DNA of 32,000 bases, from the NCBI GenBank assembly GCA_001761425.1, contig CP012986.1, positions 720,001-752,000 on the forward strand. The letters run 5' to 3'. The DNA is from Candidatus Saccharimonadota bacterium. Its GTDB lineage: Archaea > Nanohalarchaeota > Nanosalinia > Nanosalinales > Nanosalinaceae. The position numbers and the translations under genes were made by a program. Positions 7,126-14,767 of the stretch are shown in pieces. The stretch's first letter is position 1; every line of letters starts with the position of its first letter. The notes beneath the pieces were generated by a model. It was not told the DNA's origin, made no database searches, and saw only the letters and a program-made list of their open reading frames with translations.

Positions 7126-7326
7126 TGGTCCACCCGGGACTCGAACCCGGGACCACCGCCTCTCTTAGGCAGACGAGCTGAGCTCGTCACAGCCCGTGAT
7201 AAAACGGGTCTGTATTGCCAACTGCTGCTGGCAGTTGAGGCAGTCACACAGGCCTTTTTTCAGGCAAGTTTTTTCTGTGTGAATGTCCGTATAAGGACGG
7301 CGCTCTAACCACTGAGCTAGTGGACC
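7126..7326 (-). tRNA. tRNA-Ile, anticodon UAU, with an intron at the canonical 37/38 position
   Basis: Folded by hand. Acceptor GGTCCAC/GTGGACC (7 bp). D arm GCTC-AGTGGTTA-GAGC. Anticodon stem CCGTC/GGCGG with one G-U pair. Loop CU-UAU-A with the intron after position 37, followed by A38. Variable loop TGGTC. T arm CCGGG-TTCGAGT-CCCGG. Discriminator A. CCA is not encoded. Exon 1 is 7290-7326 and exon 2 is 7126-7161. Confidence 0.8.
7162..7289 (-). other. tRNA intron, 128 nt, four internal hairpins
   Basis: Anticodon-loop CUUA pairs with intron UAAG just before the 3' splice site, forming the central 4-bp helix of a bulge-helix-bulge with 3-nt bulges at both junctions. Hairpins on plus-strand coordinates are 7172-7188 (7 bp), 7193-7208 (5 bp), 7219-7237 (7 bp) and 7245-7281 (7 bp with a 23-nt loop containing AGGCCT). 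Confidence 0.7.
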
Positions 7327-7466
7327 CAACGAAGATTCGTTGGAGTGATCAGAACGCTCGCTGACGCGAACGTACTTCGTAACCAGTTGCAGTCGGAGGC
7401 CTTGTGGGCCTTGTTCATCCTGCGTATCTACGGTTTAAAGGTGTAATTTGAAAAAGGCTTTTATTT

Positions 7467-8249
7467 TCAGTGCTGGAGTGTTTGAGGCCTTTTGACTGTG
7501 ATATCGAGTTCTTTGAGTTTTTTATCTAGGTGCTGGTTGAGTTTTCCTATGTCTTCGGGTCTGTGGCTGTCTGTTCCCGCTGTGAAGGTTATGCCTTTCT
7601 CGATGAGTATTTCACGGAATTCTTTGGTCGGGTGTATTTCTTCGAGGCCTTGAAGTGCTCTTCCTGCGTTGATTTCTGGAATGGTTTTTGAGTGTTTGAA
7701 GGCTTCTGCGATCTGTTCGTAGTCTTCTTTGTCGGCGAATCCCTGGAACTGTGGGTTGCGTTCGAAGACGTCGATGTGTGAGGCGATGTCGAACATTTCG
7801 GATTGGATGAGTTTTTCGAGTTTCTCGAAGTATTTTTTCACTAGTTTTCTCCTGCTTTTCTTTGTCTTGTTTCTGAAGTAGTCTCTGATATGGACGTTCG
7901 TGTTTTCCAGGTTGTGTACGCTTCCGAGGCTGTAGTCGAAGTTTTTCTTGTCCAGGAATTTCCTGATGTTTTTCTCGTCTCTCGGATCGTAGTCCATCTC
8001 TACGGCGGAGTAGATGGTGATTTCTTTTCTTTCCCTGAGTTTTTCTATGGCAGTTTCTCTTCTTTCACAGGTCATGTCCAGGTTGAATCCGTTGTTGTAT
8101 TTGACCTGTTTCATCGCTTTTCTCTGTGAGACGTTGGCATGATCAGAGAAACCGATTTCTTCAAGGCCTGCTTCTTCGGCTGCTGAGGCCATCATGTGCA
8201 TTAAGCTTCCGTCGCTGTAGGTTGTATGAGTATGTAAGTCGAACTCCAT
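7467..8249 (-). CDS. PHP-domain phosphoesterase, histidinol-phosphatase (HisJ)-like
   Basis: N-terminal MEFDLHTHTTYSDGS followed by GFSDHAN and a later SHID and TDSH. These are the PHP metal-binding His/Asp motifs. Confidence 0.65.
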   Translation of the reverse strand: MEFDLHTHTTYSDGSLMHMMASAAEEAGLEEIGFSDHANVSQRKAMKQVKYNNGFNLDMTCERRETAIEKLRERKEITIYSAVEMDYDPRDEKNIRKFLDKKNFDYSLGSVHNLENTNVHIRDYFRNKTKKSRRKLVKKYFEKLEKLIQSEMFDIASHIDVFERNPQFQGFADKEDYEQIAEAFKHSKTIPEINAGRALQGLEEIHPTKEFREILIEKGITFTAGTDSHRPEDIGKLNQHLDKKLKELDITVKRPQTLQH

Positions 8250-8403
8250 ATCTTTGGTTGAGGCCTCTTCTGTTTTGTTTCCACCGGTTTCTGTTATACT
8301 TTTAAGCTTTCCAGAGGCATTGTTCTGTATAAACTAAAGAGGTTTCTCAAATGACGAAAATTACGAATTTTCTTGACACAGAAAACAGAGGTGTTTTCGA
8401 GTA

Positions 8404-9114
8404 ATGCAGATGACTAATCAGCAACAGCAGCAGTACGACCGTGGGGCAACGATTTTCTCTCCTGATGGACGTTTGTTCCAGGTTGAGTACGCTAAAGAAG
8501 CAGTTAAAAAAGGTGCTACAGCTCTAGGAGTGGTCTACGAGGACGGAGTGGTTCTTGCAGCTACACGGAATATTCCAGATCTCCAGGTCAGGAATCCTGA
8601 GAAAGTTTTCAAGATAGACAGTCATATCGGAGTCGCGACCTCAGGCCTTGTAGCAGACGGCAGAACACTTGTAGAAGAAGCGAGGAATGAAGCACAGAAG
8701 CATATGATGACTTACGATGAGGATATCCCTACTCCTGTGCTTGCGAAGTTCATCGCTGACAGATGTCAGCAGTTCACTCAGTACGGAGGAGTCAGGCCTT
8801 ACGGTCTCTCCACGATCTCCGGCGGTGTCAAGGACGGAGTTTCCAAGGTCTACCATACTGATCCTTCTGGAACTCTCTCAGAATGGAAGGCTATCGCCAT
8901 CGGTAAAGGCGGAGATGAAGCCAAGGAACACCTGGAGGAGAACTGGGAGGAAGGCCTCTCAGAGGAAGATGCAATGGAGCTTGCTGTTGAAGCCCTGGAG
9001 AAGGGAGAGGAAGACATCGGTACAGAAAACGTTGAAATGTCTGTAGTCGATGAGGAATCTCTTTTCAGGCGTGTCAGCCCTGAAGATCTTGAAGACCTGA
9101 GTGTCGACCTCTAG
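8404..9114 (+). CDS. psmA: Proteasome subunit alpha
   Basis: YDRGATIFSPDGRLFQVEYAKEAVKKGATALGV is the canonical alpha-subunit N-terminus. AGAGGTG Shine-Dalgarno lies about 10 nt upstream. Confidence 0.95.
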   Translation: MQMTNQQQQQYDRGATIFSPDGRLFQVEYAKEAVKKGATALGVVYEDGVVLAATRNIPDLQVRNPEKVFKIDSHIGVATSGLVADGRTLVEEARNEAQKHMMTYDEDIPTPVLAKFIADRCQQFTQYGGVRPYGLSTISGGVKDGVSKVYHTDPSGTLSEWKAIAIGKGGDEAKEHLEENWEEGLSEEDAMELAVEALEKGEEDIGTENVEMSVVDEESLFRRVSPEDLEDLSVDL

Positions 9115-9157
9115 ACCAACAGGTTTCTTATTCACATATTTTCCTTTTAATTAATAG

Positions 9158-9466
9158 ATGATAGAAGACCTTCTCATAGCTTCAGGCCTTCTTATAACTG
9201 CCTATCTTGCCTGGGAGTTCCAGAAAGGATGGATCGGAAACGAGTACCGGTCAACTACCTTTCTGAAGCTGAACAGGAAAAAGACCACCCTGGTGTTCGG
9301 ACTGGCGTTCCTCGGTTCACTATCGGTTTTCGCAGGAACAGTCTTCACAGGGCTTGGAAAAGAAGTTATGAGAAGTTTTGCATTCGATACAGGCCTCCTG
9401 TTTTACATGCTGTTTTTCTTCCTTTTGAACAGGCTTGCAGGAGGTGGTAGAAAATGGCTTCGATGA
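9158..9466 (+). CDS. Hypothetical membrane protein
   Basis: 102 codons with three hydrophobic segments. Contains AGGCCT copies like native DNA. Confidence 0.45.
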   Translation: MIEDLLIASGLLITAYLAWEFQKGWIGNEYRSTTFLKLNRKKTTLVFGLAFLGSLSVFAGTVFTGLGKEVMRSFAFDTGLLFYMLFFFLLNRLAGGGRKWLR

Positions 9467-9825
9467 CAGGAGCGTACATGACAGTACCTCTTGTATTGCT
9501 TTCAGGCCTTTTCATCTTTCAGATAATAAGGTGCCAGCAGAAAAGCTATGCAAGGCTCTCCTTCAAGGCCTTTGATGTACGTGTTTCTTTCCAGTTGATA
9601 ATGCTGGCTTTCGTGATCCTTTCGTTTTCCAGAGTTCCTGATTTACTTGGGTTTTCACAGCTAAATGTTACTGTTTCGATAACTGTAGGAAGCACTGCTA
9701 CTGTGCTTTTGACCGTCGCCTTCTTAATTCTGAATGCGGTGGTTTACGGACCGGGTAATCCTCTTTACTACCGTTTGCCGAGCAATTTCTTCGGTGACAG
9801 GGAGAGATATATCCACAGGGATTGA
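9454..9825 (+). CDS. Hypothetical membrane protein (alternative start 9463 would give an ATGA overlap)
   Basis: 123 codons with four hydrophobic segments. It overlaps the previous ORF's end. Confidence 0.45.
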   Translation: MASMTGAYMTVPLVLLSGLFIFQIIRCQQKSYARLSFKAFDVRVSFQLIMLAFVILSFSRVPDLLGFSQLNVTVSITVGSTATVLLTVAFLILNAVVYGPGNPLYYRLPSNFFGDRERYIHRD

Positions 9826-9865
9826 CAGGATAACAGGTTTAAAGAAAAAGGCCTTTTCTTAGGTT

Positions 9866-10543
9866 ATGGATACTTCTGATGCGATCAAGGTCAGGTACCA
9901 GGATTATGAGATACTTGTTGAGCCGGACCTGGCGAAGGAGGCCAAGCTCGAGGGTAAAGACCACAGTATTCAGAGACTGCTGTTTGTCCAGGAGGTCTTT
10001 GAGGACGCAGGTGACGGTAAGAGAGCTTCTGCTCAAGACCTGGAGGATGATTTCGGGACCAGACAGATCATGGAGGCTGCCGAGGAGATCTTCGAGAAAG
10101 GAGATATGCAGTTGACGACGGAACAGAAAAAGGAGATGAGAGAGGACAAACATAAACAGATCGTCAGCATGATCGCCCGCAGAGCCCAGGATCCGAAGAC
10201 AGGTAACCCACACCCACCGGAAAGAGTGCAGAACGCATTGGAAGAAGCAGGTTTCAACGCAGACGCCATGAAAGACGTCGAAGAACAGTTCGACGAGGCC
10301 ATCGACGAGATAAGGCCTATCATCCCTGTCTCTCTTGACGAAAAACAGGTCGCGATAAAGATACCGAGTGAAAAAGCTGGAAAGGCCTACGACAAGATAC
10401 AGAGTACCGCAGAGGTTCTCGAGGAGCAATGGGGCAACGAGTACTTCTTTGCAAAAATCAAGGTTCCCGCGGGCGTTCTGACAGAGCTGATGGAGGATAT
10501 CCAGGAGATCACAGGCGGGGAAAGCGAGGTAACAGAGACGTGA
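9866..10543 (+). CDS. sdo1: Ribosome maturation protein SBDS/Sdo1 homologue
   Basis: IKVRYQDYEILVEPDLAKEAK plus a length of about 225 aa and its position between psmA and rrp4, as in the conserved archaeal superoperon. Confidence 0.8.
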   Translation: MDTSDAIKVRYQDYEILVEPDLAKEAKLEGKDHSIQRLLFVQEVFEDAGDGKRASAQDLEDDFGTRQIMEAAEEIFEKGDMQLTTEQKKEMREDKHKQIVSMIARRAQDPKTGNPHPPERVQNALEEAGFNADAMKDVEEQFDEAIDEIRPIIPVSLDEKQVAIKIPSEKAGKAYDKIQSTAEVLEEQWGNEYFFAKIKVPAGVLTELMEDIQEITGGESEVTET

Positions 10544-10917
10544 GCACCTCACTGGTCTACCCGGAAAACAGTTACAGGGACGATCTGGAGATGATAGAAG
10601 AAGAACTCGGTGACAGAAGAATCGCCGGGGCAACAAGCACAGAGTTCCATGATGTAAAGCTTAGATGGAGCACAGGCCTTGAAGAAGACGAAGTTATGGC
10701 ACAGCTAGAAGATTTAGGCCTTGAACAGGAGGCTCTCGGCGCCCGACTGGAAAACGGTGCCCTGGTTAATTATTCAGATGGATGTGTTCAGTACTCCTCT
10801 CCTGAAGGAGATATCTCTCTTCTGCCAGAGGTCCTGGACTCTTCCATGGAGGAAAATGTTTACGGAGCAAGTTTTGCTGAAGGCCTTTCAGAACAGTATC
10901 GCTGGCTGGAAAATTAA
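10540..10917 (+). CDS. Hypothetical acidic protein inserted between SBDS and rrp4 (start uncertain: GTG 10540 or ATG 10591)
   Basis: Open frame. GTG 10540 overlaps the SBDS stop (GTGA). No motif recognised. The upstream part of track ORF 10429.. overlaps SBDS in another frame and is discounted. Confidence 0.4.
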   Translation: MSTSLVYPENSYRDDLEMIEEELGDRRIAGATSTEFHDVKLRWSTGLEEDEVMAQLEDLGLEQEALGARLENGALVNYSDGCVQYSSPEGDISLLPEVLDSSMEENVYGASFAEGLSEQYRWLEN

Positions 10918-11085
10918 CTCTCGGATAAAGTTGAGGGGGAGAAATTCGGAGTTTTCTGGACTCGTAGAAAATCTGGGATCTTCGAATACTAAGGAAGTTG
11001 AGGCGGTTATAAAAAGTTTCGGCCCGGCTTTGTTTTTACAAACAGCCATTTTCTAGTTTGAACGAAGTTTGAGGTAATACAATTT

Positions 11086-11775
11086 ATGTCACGTGTGAAA
11101 GAAGAAGATGACCTTGTAACTCCAGGAGATATGATAACTGATGCAGACGCTCTGTCTGCGACTTCTGGTGCTTACGAAGAAAATAATAAAATCTATTCAA
11201 AACACCTGGGAACTGTCCATTTCAATGGCCAGGAAGTTGAGGTAAGGCCTATGTCCGGTCGTTACATGCCTGAGGAAGGTGATACGATCATCGGAGAGGT
11301 CACGAGAGTCAGTTACTCTCGCTGGACTGTCGAGTTCAACTCTGCTTATGAAGGCAGTTTGAACATTGCTGATGCAACGGATGAGTACGTCGATCTTGAT
11401 GAAGACGATCTTTCTGACTTCTTTGAGGTTGGAGATGCTGTCGTGATCAAGGTTAAGTCCGTTACTGATGGCATGGACGTCGATCTTTCTATGAAAGATA
11501 AGAGATGTCGCAAGCTTGAAGGAGGACGTGTGATCGGGATTGCACCTTCCAAAGTTCCCCGTGTAATCGGTAAGAAGGGAACCATGGTTAAACAGATCAA
11601 CGAGAAGACCAACTGCAACATCATTGTCGGCCAGAACGGACAGGTCTGGATCTCGGGCGACAAAGCCAATCTTGCAGCGAGAGCTGTCAAAAAAGTAGAA
11701 AGAGAAGCCCACACAGAAAACCTGACTGACAGAATAAGTGAATGGCTTGAAGAAGAACTAGAGGGTGAAAAGTAA
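11086..11775 (+). CDS. rrp4: Exosome complex RNA-binding protein Rrp4 (S1 + KH)
   Basis: VTPGD...GDTIIGEVTRVSYSRWTVEF (S1 domain) followed by PSKVPRVIGKKGTMVKQINEKTNCNIIVGQNGQVWI (KH domain). Position is upstream of rrp41/rrp42. Confidence 0.9.
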   Translation: MSRVKEEDDLVTPGDMITDADALSATSGAYEENNKIYSKHLGTVHFNGQEVEVRPMSGRYMPEEGDTIIGEVTRVSYSRWTVEFNSAYEGSLNIADATDEYVDLDEDDLSDFFEVGDAVVIKVKSVTDGMDVDLSMKDKRCRKLEGGRVIGIAPSKVPRVIGKKGTMVKQINEKTNCNIIVGQNGQVWISGDKANLAARAVKKVEREAHTENLTDRISEWLEEELEGEK

Positions 11776-11776
11776 A

Positions 11777-12538
11777 ATGACAAGTTCAGATGAAGATATC
11801 GAATGGTTCGATGATGAAGGAAAACGTGTCGATGGAAGAGAGAAAGACGAACTAAGAGAGACAGAGATGGAAGTCGATGTCCTAACTGAAGCAGACGGAT
11901 CCGCAATGGTCGAAGTCGGCAACACCAGAGTAGTTGCATCCGTCTTCGGACCTCAGGAGCTTCACCCAAAACACCTTCAGGAAAGTGACCGTGCTGTAAT
12001 CAAGATGCGTTACAACATGGCACCTTTCTCTGTTGACGACAGGATGAGCCCTGGACCGAACAGAAGAGCAAAAGAGATAGGCCTTGTAGCCAAAAAGGCC
12101 CTGGAACCAGCTATCGAGATGGAGAAATTCCCGACCGCAGGAATCGATATCTCGATGGAAGTAATGGAATCCGACGGAGGAACAAGAGTAACAGGTATCA
12201 CAGCAGCAGCTCTTGCACTCGCCGACGCAGGCATCCCTATGAAAGGAATGGTTTCCTCGACAGCAGCAGGAGTAGTAGACGAGACACCTGTCCTCGACGT
12301 TAACGGAAAAGAAGACAAGGAAGGGAACGCAGACATCCCTATCGCACTCATCAACTACGACGAGGACGGCGAACACGTCGGTGAAGAGATCACTCTGGTC
12401 CAGATGGACGGAGACCTCACACAGGAACAGGTAGAGGACTGCATCAAACTTGCGAAGGACGGATGCAGACAGCTACACGAAATGCAGCAGGAAGCAATGC
12501 TTGAAAAATACAGAGAACTCAGAGGAGGTGATTTCTAA
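11777..12538 (+). CDS. rrp41: Exosome complex exonuclease Rrp41 (RNase PH domain)
   Basis: RVDGREKDELRE...EADGSAMVEVGNTRVVASVFGP is an RNase PH-type N-terminus. I prefer ATG 11777, with AGGGTGA 8 nt upstream, over the track's GTG 11765. Confidence 0.9.
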   Translation: MTSSDEDIEWFDDEGKRVDGREKDELRETEMEVDVLTEADGSAMVEVGNTRVVASVFGPQELHPKHLQESDRAVIKMRYNMAPFSVDDRMSPGPNRRAKEIGLVAKKALEPAIEMEKFPTAGIDISMEVMESDGGTRVTGITAAALALADAGIPMKGMVSSTAAGVVDETPVLDVNGKEDKEGNADIPIALINYDEDGEHVGEEITLVQMDGDLTQEQVEDCIKLAKDGCRQLHEMQQEAMLEKYRELRGGDF

Positions 12539-13329
12539 TGAAACTTAATCAAAAGACAATCCGCGAAATGGCGGAAGACGGAGAAAGACTCGACGGCAGA
12601 GGCCTCAAAGAGATGAGAGACGTCAAAGTCGAGACAGATTACATCAATGAAACTTCAGAAGGTTCAGCACTTGTAGAAATCGGAGACACGAAAGTCCTTG
12701 TAGGCCTTTCAGTCGAGATAGAGGAACCTTACAGCGACAGGCCTGGAAAGGGAACAATCGTTACGAACGCAGAGCTTGCTCCTATGGCTCGGCGTGACTA
12801 CGAGTCAGGTCCTCCACAGGAAGACGGAGTCGAACTCGCAAGAGTAGTCGACAGAGGAATCAGAGAGGCTGAAGCTATCGACCTTGAAGACCTCTGTATG
12901 GTAGAGGGAGAGAAGGTCTACACAGTCTTCATCGATGCCCACGTCCTGAACGACGATGGGAATCTGATCGATGCGACATCCTTAGCTGCTATGGCAGCAC
13001 TCAAGTCCGGATACCTTCCAGCTTATGACGAAGAAGCAGGAGAGCTCAACAGAGATGAGAAATGGAAGGACTTCGATCTTCAGTGTGAACCAGTCACAGT
13101 TACCGGCCACAAGATCGGCGACACAGTCATGTGGGATGTCACAGGGGAAGAAGAGAAGGCCCTCGACGCTCGCCTGACAGTTGCGAAGAAAAAAGATGGA
13201 AACATCGTCGCAATGCAGAAGGGAGAGACTCAGCCTTTCACAGCTGACGAGATGTCCCAGATTATGTCGACAGCGGACGAGAAAATCCAGAAATTCCGTG
13301 AAATCCTCGAAGCAGAGGTAGGGGAATAA
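12538..13329 (+). CDS. rrp42: Exosome complex protein Rrp42 (RNase PH-like, non-catalytic)
   Basis: RLDGRGLKEMRDVKVETDYINETSEGSALVEIGDTKVLVG. TAATG overlap with rrp41. GGAGGTGA at 12524-12531. Confidence 0.9.
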   Translation: MKLNQKTIREMAEDGERLDGRGLKEMRDVKVETDYINETSEGSALVEIGDTKVLVGLSVEIEEPYSDRPGKGTIVTNAELAPMARRDYESGPPQEDGVELARVVDRGIREAEAIDLEDLCMVEGEKVYTVFIDAHVLNDDGNLIDATSLAAMAALKSGYLPAYDEEAGELNRDEKWKDFDLQCEPVTVTGHKIGDTVMWDVTGEEEKALDARLTVAKKKDGNIVAMQKGETQPFTADEMSQIMSTADEKIQKFREILEAEVGE

Positions 13330-13383
13330 AAAATCTTCCCCTCCATATGCTTCTTAATAACTATCTTAACAGGTGAATAAAAA

Positions 13384-13677
13384 ATGCCACGAGATAACAA
13401 GTCAGCGAAAAGATTCGGCTCCCGTTACGGAAGCAGAATCAGGAAGAACGTAGACGAAGCAGAAGACAGAGAAGACGTAGAATGCCCGGAATGCGGATCA
13501 GGAAAAGTAGAGAGAAACGCAGCAGGAATCTGGGAATGCAGAAAATGCGGACAGAAAACCGCAGGCGGAGCCTACAACATGGACACAGGCGCACAGGAAC
13601 AGATGAAAAAAGCCCTAGAACTAGGCGAAGAAGAGCTAGAAGAACTCGAAGAAGCCAAAGAACAGATTGAGGCATAA
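13384..13677 (+). CDS. rpl37ae: 50S ribosomal protein L37Ae (eL43) with an acidic C-terminal tail
   Basis: RFGSRYGSRIRKNV...CPECGSGKVERNAAGIWECRKCGQKTAGGAY is the eL43 zinc ribbon. AGGTGA at 13371-13376. Confidence 0.9.
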   Translation: MPRDNKSAKRFGSRYGSRIRKNVDEAEDREDVECPECGSGKVERNAAGIWECRKCGQKTAGGAYNMDTGAQEQMKKALELGEEELEELEEAKEQIEA

Positions 13678-13680
13678 AAA

Positions 13681-13818
13681 ATGAGTTACGTATGCGTCAA
13701 CTGCGAACAAGAAGTAGAGATCGACCCTGTAGAAGAAAAAGTAATCTGTCCAAAATGCAGTCACAGAGTCCTCCTCAAGAAGAGGCCTGACGACCCAGAC
13801 ACCGTACAAGCGGTATGA
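13681..13818 (+). CDS. rpoP: DNA-directed RNA polymerase subunit P (Rpo12), 45 aa, below the ORF-track cutoff
   Basis: Manual translation gives MSYVCVNCEQEVEIDPVEEKVICPKCSHRVLLKKRPDDPDTVQAV*. It has a CxxC...CxxC ribbon and RVLLKKR, and sits right after L37Ae as in other archaea. Confidence 0.85.
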   Translation: MSYVCVNCEQEVEIDPVEEKVICPKCSHRVLLKKRPDDPDTVQAV

Positions 13819-14027
13819 ACTCAACAGTCGAGATAGACGCAGAAAATCCAGGGGAACTGCAAAAAATCCTCGAACCATCACTCTCCTCAGATAACACAGT
13901 CCAGTACGAATTAAACGCGGGAAAGGAGAAAATCAAGATCAAAGTTGACACAGAAGGCCTAGGGCCTTTAAGAGGTTGCACTGACACAGTTTTCAGGTTA
14001 GCAACGCTCGCCAAAAAATTATGCTAG
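13815..14027 (+). CDS. pcc1: KEOPS complex subunit Pcc1-like
   Basis: 70 aa. The C-terminal GPLRGCTDTVFRLATLAKK resembles the Pcc1 LRGxxNSxLRW helix. ATGA overlap with rpoP. Located next to prefoldin beta, as commonly seen. Confidence 0.6.
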   Translation: MNSTVEIDAENPGELQKILEPSLSSDNTVQYELNAGKEKIKIKVDTEGLGPLRGCTDTVFRLATLAKKLC

Positions 14028-14042
14028 AAGGTGAATAAAATT

Positions 14043-14375
14043 ATGTCAGAAGAACAAGACGCACAGCAGCTTATGATGCAGATGCAGCAAACCCAGCAAC
14101 AGATGCAGGAAATCGCACAGCAGAAAGAACAGACAGAAAACGAGATTCAGGGCGTAAAGAAGGCCCTGAACGAACTTGAGAGATCTGACGGAGACGAAGT
14201 TTACCGTCAGGTAGGCGAGATCATGGTTGCCCGTGAAAGAGAAGAGCTCGAAGACGAGCTTGAGGAAAGACAGGAAGATCTCGAGGTCCGTATGGAAGGC
14301 CTTGAGAAGAAAGAAAAGCAGCTTGAGGAAAAGATCAAAGAATCTCAGAGTCAGTTCTCTCAAGGCATGGAGTAA
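14043..14375 (+). CDS. pfdB: Prefoldin subunit beta
   Basis: Coiled coil - beta hairpin - coiled coil layout, with EVYRQVGEIMVAREREEL in the hairpin. I prefer ATG 14043 with AGGTGA at 14029-14034. The track start 14031 is the GTG inside that Shine-Dalgarno. Confidence 0.85.
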   Translation: MSEEQDAQQLMMQMQQTQQQMQEIAQQKEQTENEIQGVKKALNELERSDGDEVYRQVGEIMVAREREELEDELEERQEDLEVRMEGLEKKEKQLEEKIKESQSQFSQGME

Positions 14376-14390
14376 AGAGGTCGATGCTCC

Positions 14391-14636
14391 ATGACTTCGG
14401 TTCCTTCGGTCGTGCAGAGAATGCGTGATCAAGCGGAGAAGGACGCAGTTCCTTCAAACGTCGCTGAAATGCTTGAGAAGGCAGCTCAGGAGTTAGAGGA
14501 TGAGGACAGGGATCTCTCGGTCCGTGTCAACTCAGCTTCTTCAATCCTTGATGAGATAAGCAACGATCCGAACATCAGACAGCATACCAGGACAGAGATC
14601 TGGAACCTTGCTTCAAAGGTTGAAAGCCTGGACTGA
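14391..14636 (+). CDS. UPF0147 family protein
   Basis: 81 aa. VPSNVAEMLEKAAQEL...VRVNSASSILDEISNDPNIRQHTRTEIWNLASKVESL matches the UPF0147 pattern (VPrNvR...LdeIsnDPNmp...Rt.iW) from memory. Confidence 0.6.
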   Translation: MTSVPSVVQRMRDQAEKDAVPSNVAEMLEKAAQELEDEDRDLSVRVNSASSILDEISNDPNIRQHTRTEIWNLASKVESLD

Positions 14637-14720
14637 CAAAGCTTTTTCACATCTACTTTTTCCAGTTTTCAACTCTTCTCACGTGTTTACCCGTTCTTCC
14701 CTGCTCTCCCACTGGTAAGC

Positions 14721-14728
14721 TATAAAAA
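14721..14728 (+). promoter_or_regulatory. TATA-box candidate for sepF
   Basis: TATAAAAA lies 47 nt before ATG 14768. GAGGT Shine-Dalgarno at 14753-14757. T-rich tracts at 14640-14670 could end the preceding transcription unit. Confidence 0.35.
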
Positions 14729-14767
14729 AATCAGTTCCCTCTTATTAACCAAGAGGTAACCAAAACT

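Larger units (their letters stand above)
6316..7153. mobile_element. Possible remnant of a tRNA-targeted integrated element (about 0.84 kb, no integrase)
   Basis: Bounded by direct repeats of the tRNA 3' end, which is an att-like geometry. The interior is AT-rich and free of AGGCCT. It holds one wHTH gene, a 55-aa basic ORF and about 390 bp without long ORFs. Confidence 0.35.

Noticed and set aside
7162-7400. Box C/D sRNA in the tRNA intron or in the tRNA leader (GTGATCA...CTGA at about 7344-7366 on the plus strand; UGUGAC/CUGA in the intron)
   Set aside because: The boxes are imperfect, in the wrong order or unpaired. There is no C'/D' set and no terminal stem. This is not supportable without a covariance-model scan.
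9839-10636. 265-aa minus-strand ORF, plus similar long antisense ORFs at 11197..11712, 11346..11969, 11882..12376, 14046..14432 and 24791..25231
   Set aside because: They lie antisense to well-recognised conserved genes (SBDS, rrp4, rrp41, pfdB, mtaD). They have Cys/Leu/Ser/Arg-rich, non-acidic compositions unlike the real proteins here. I treat them as shadow ORFs.
13371-14040. Identical 12-mer AGGTGAATAAAA upstream of both rpl37ae (13371) and pfdB (14029)
   Set aside because: It is most simply a Shine-Dalgarno (AGGTGA) followed by an A-rich spacer. Two copies are not enough to argue for a distinct regulatory element.
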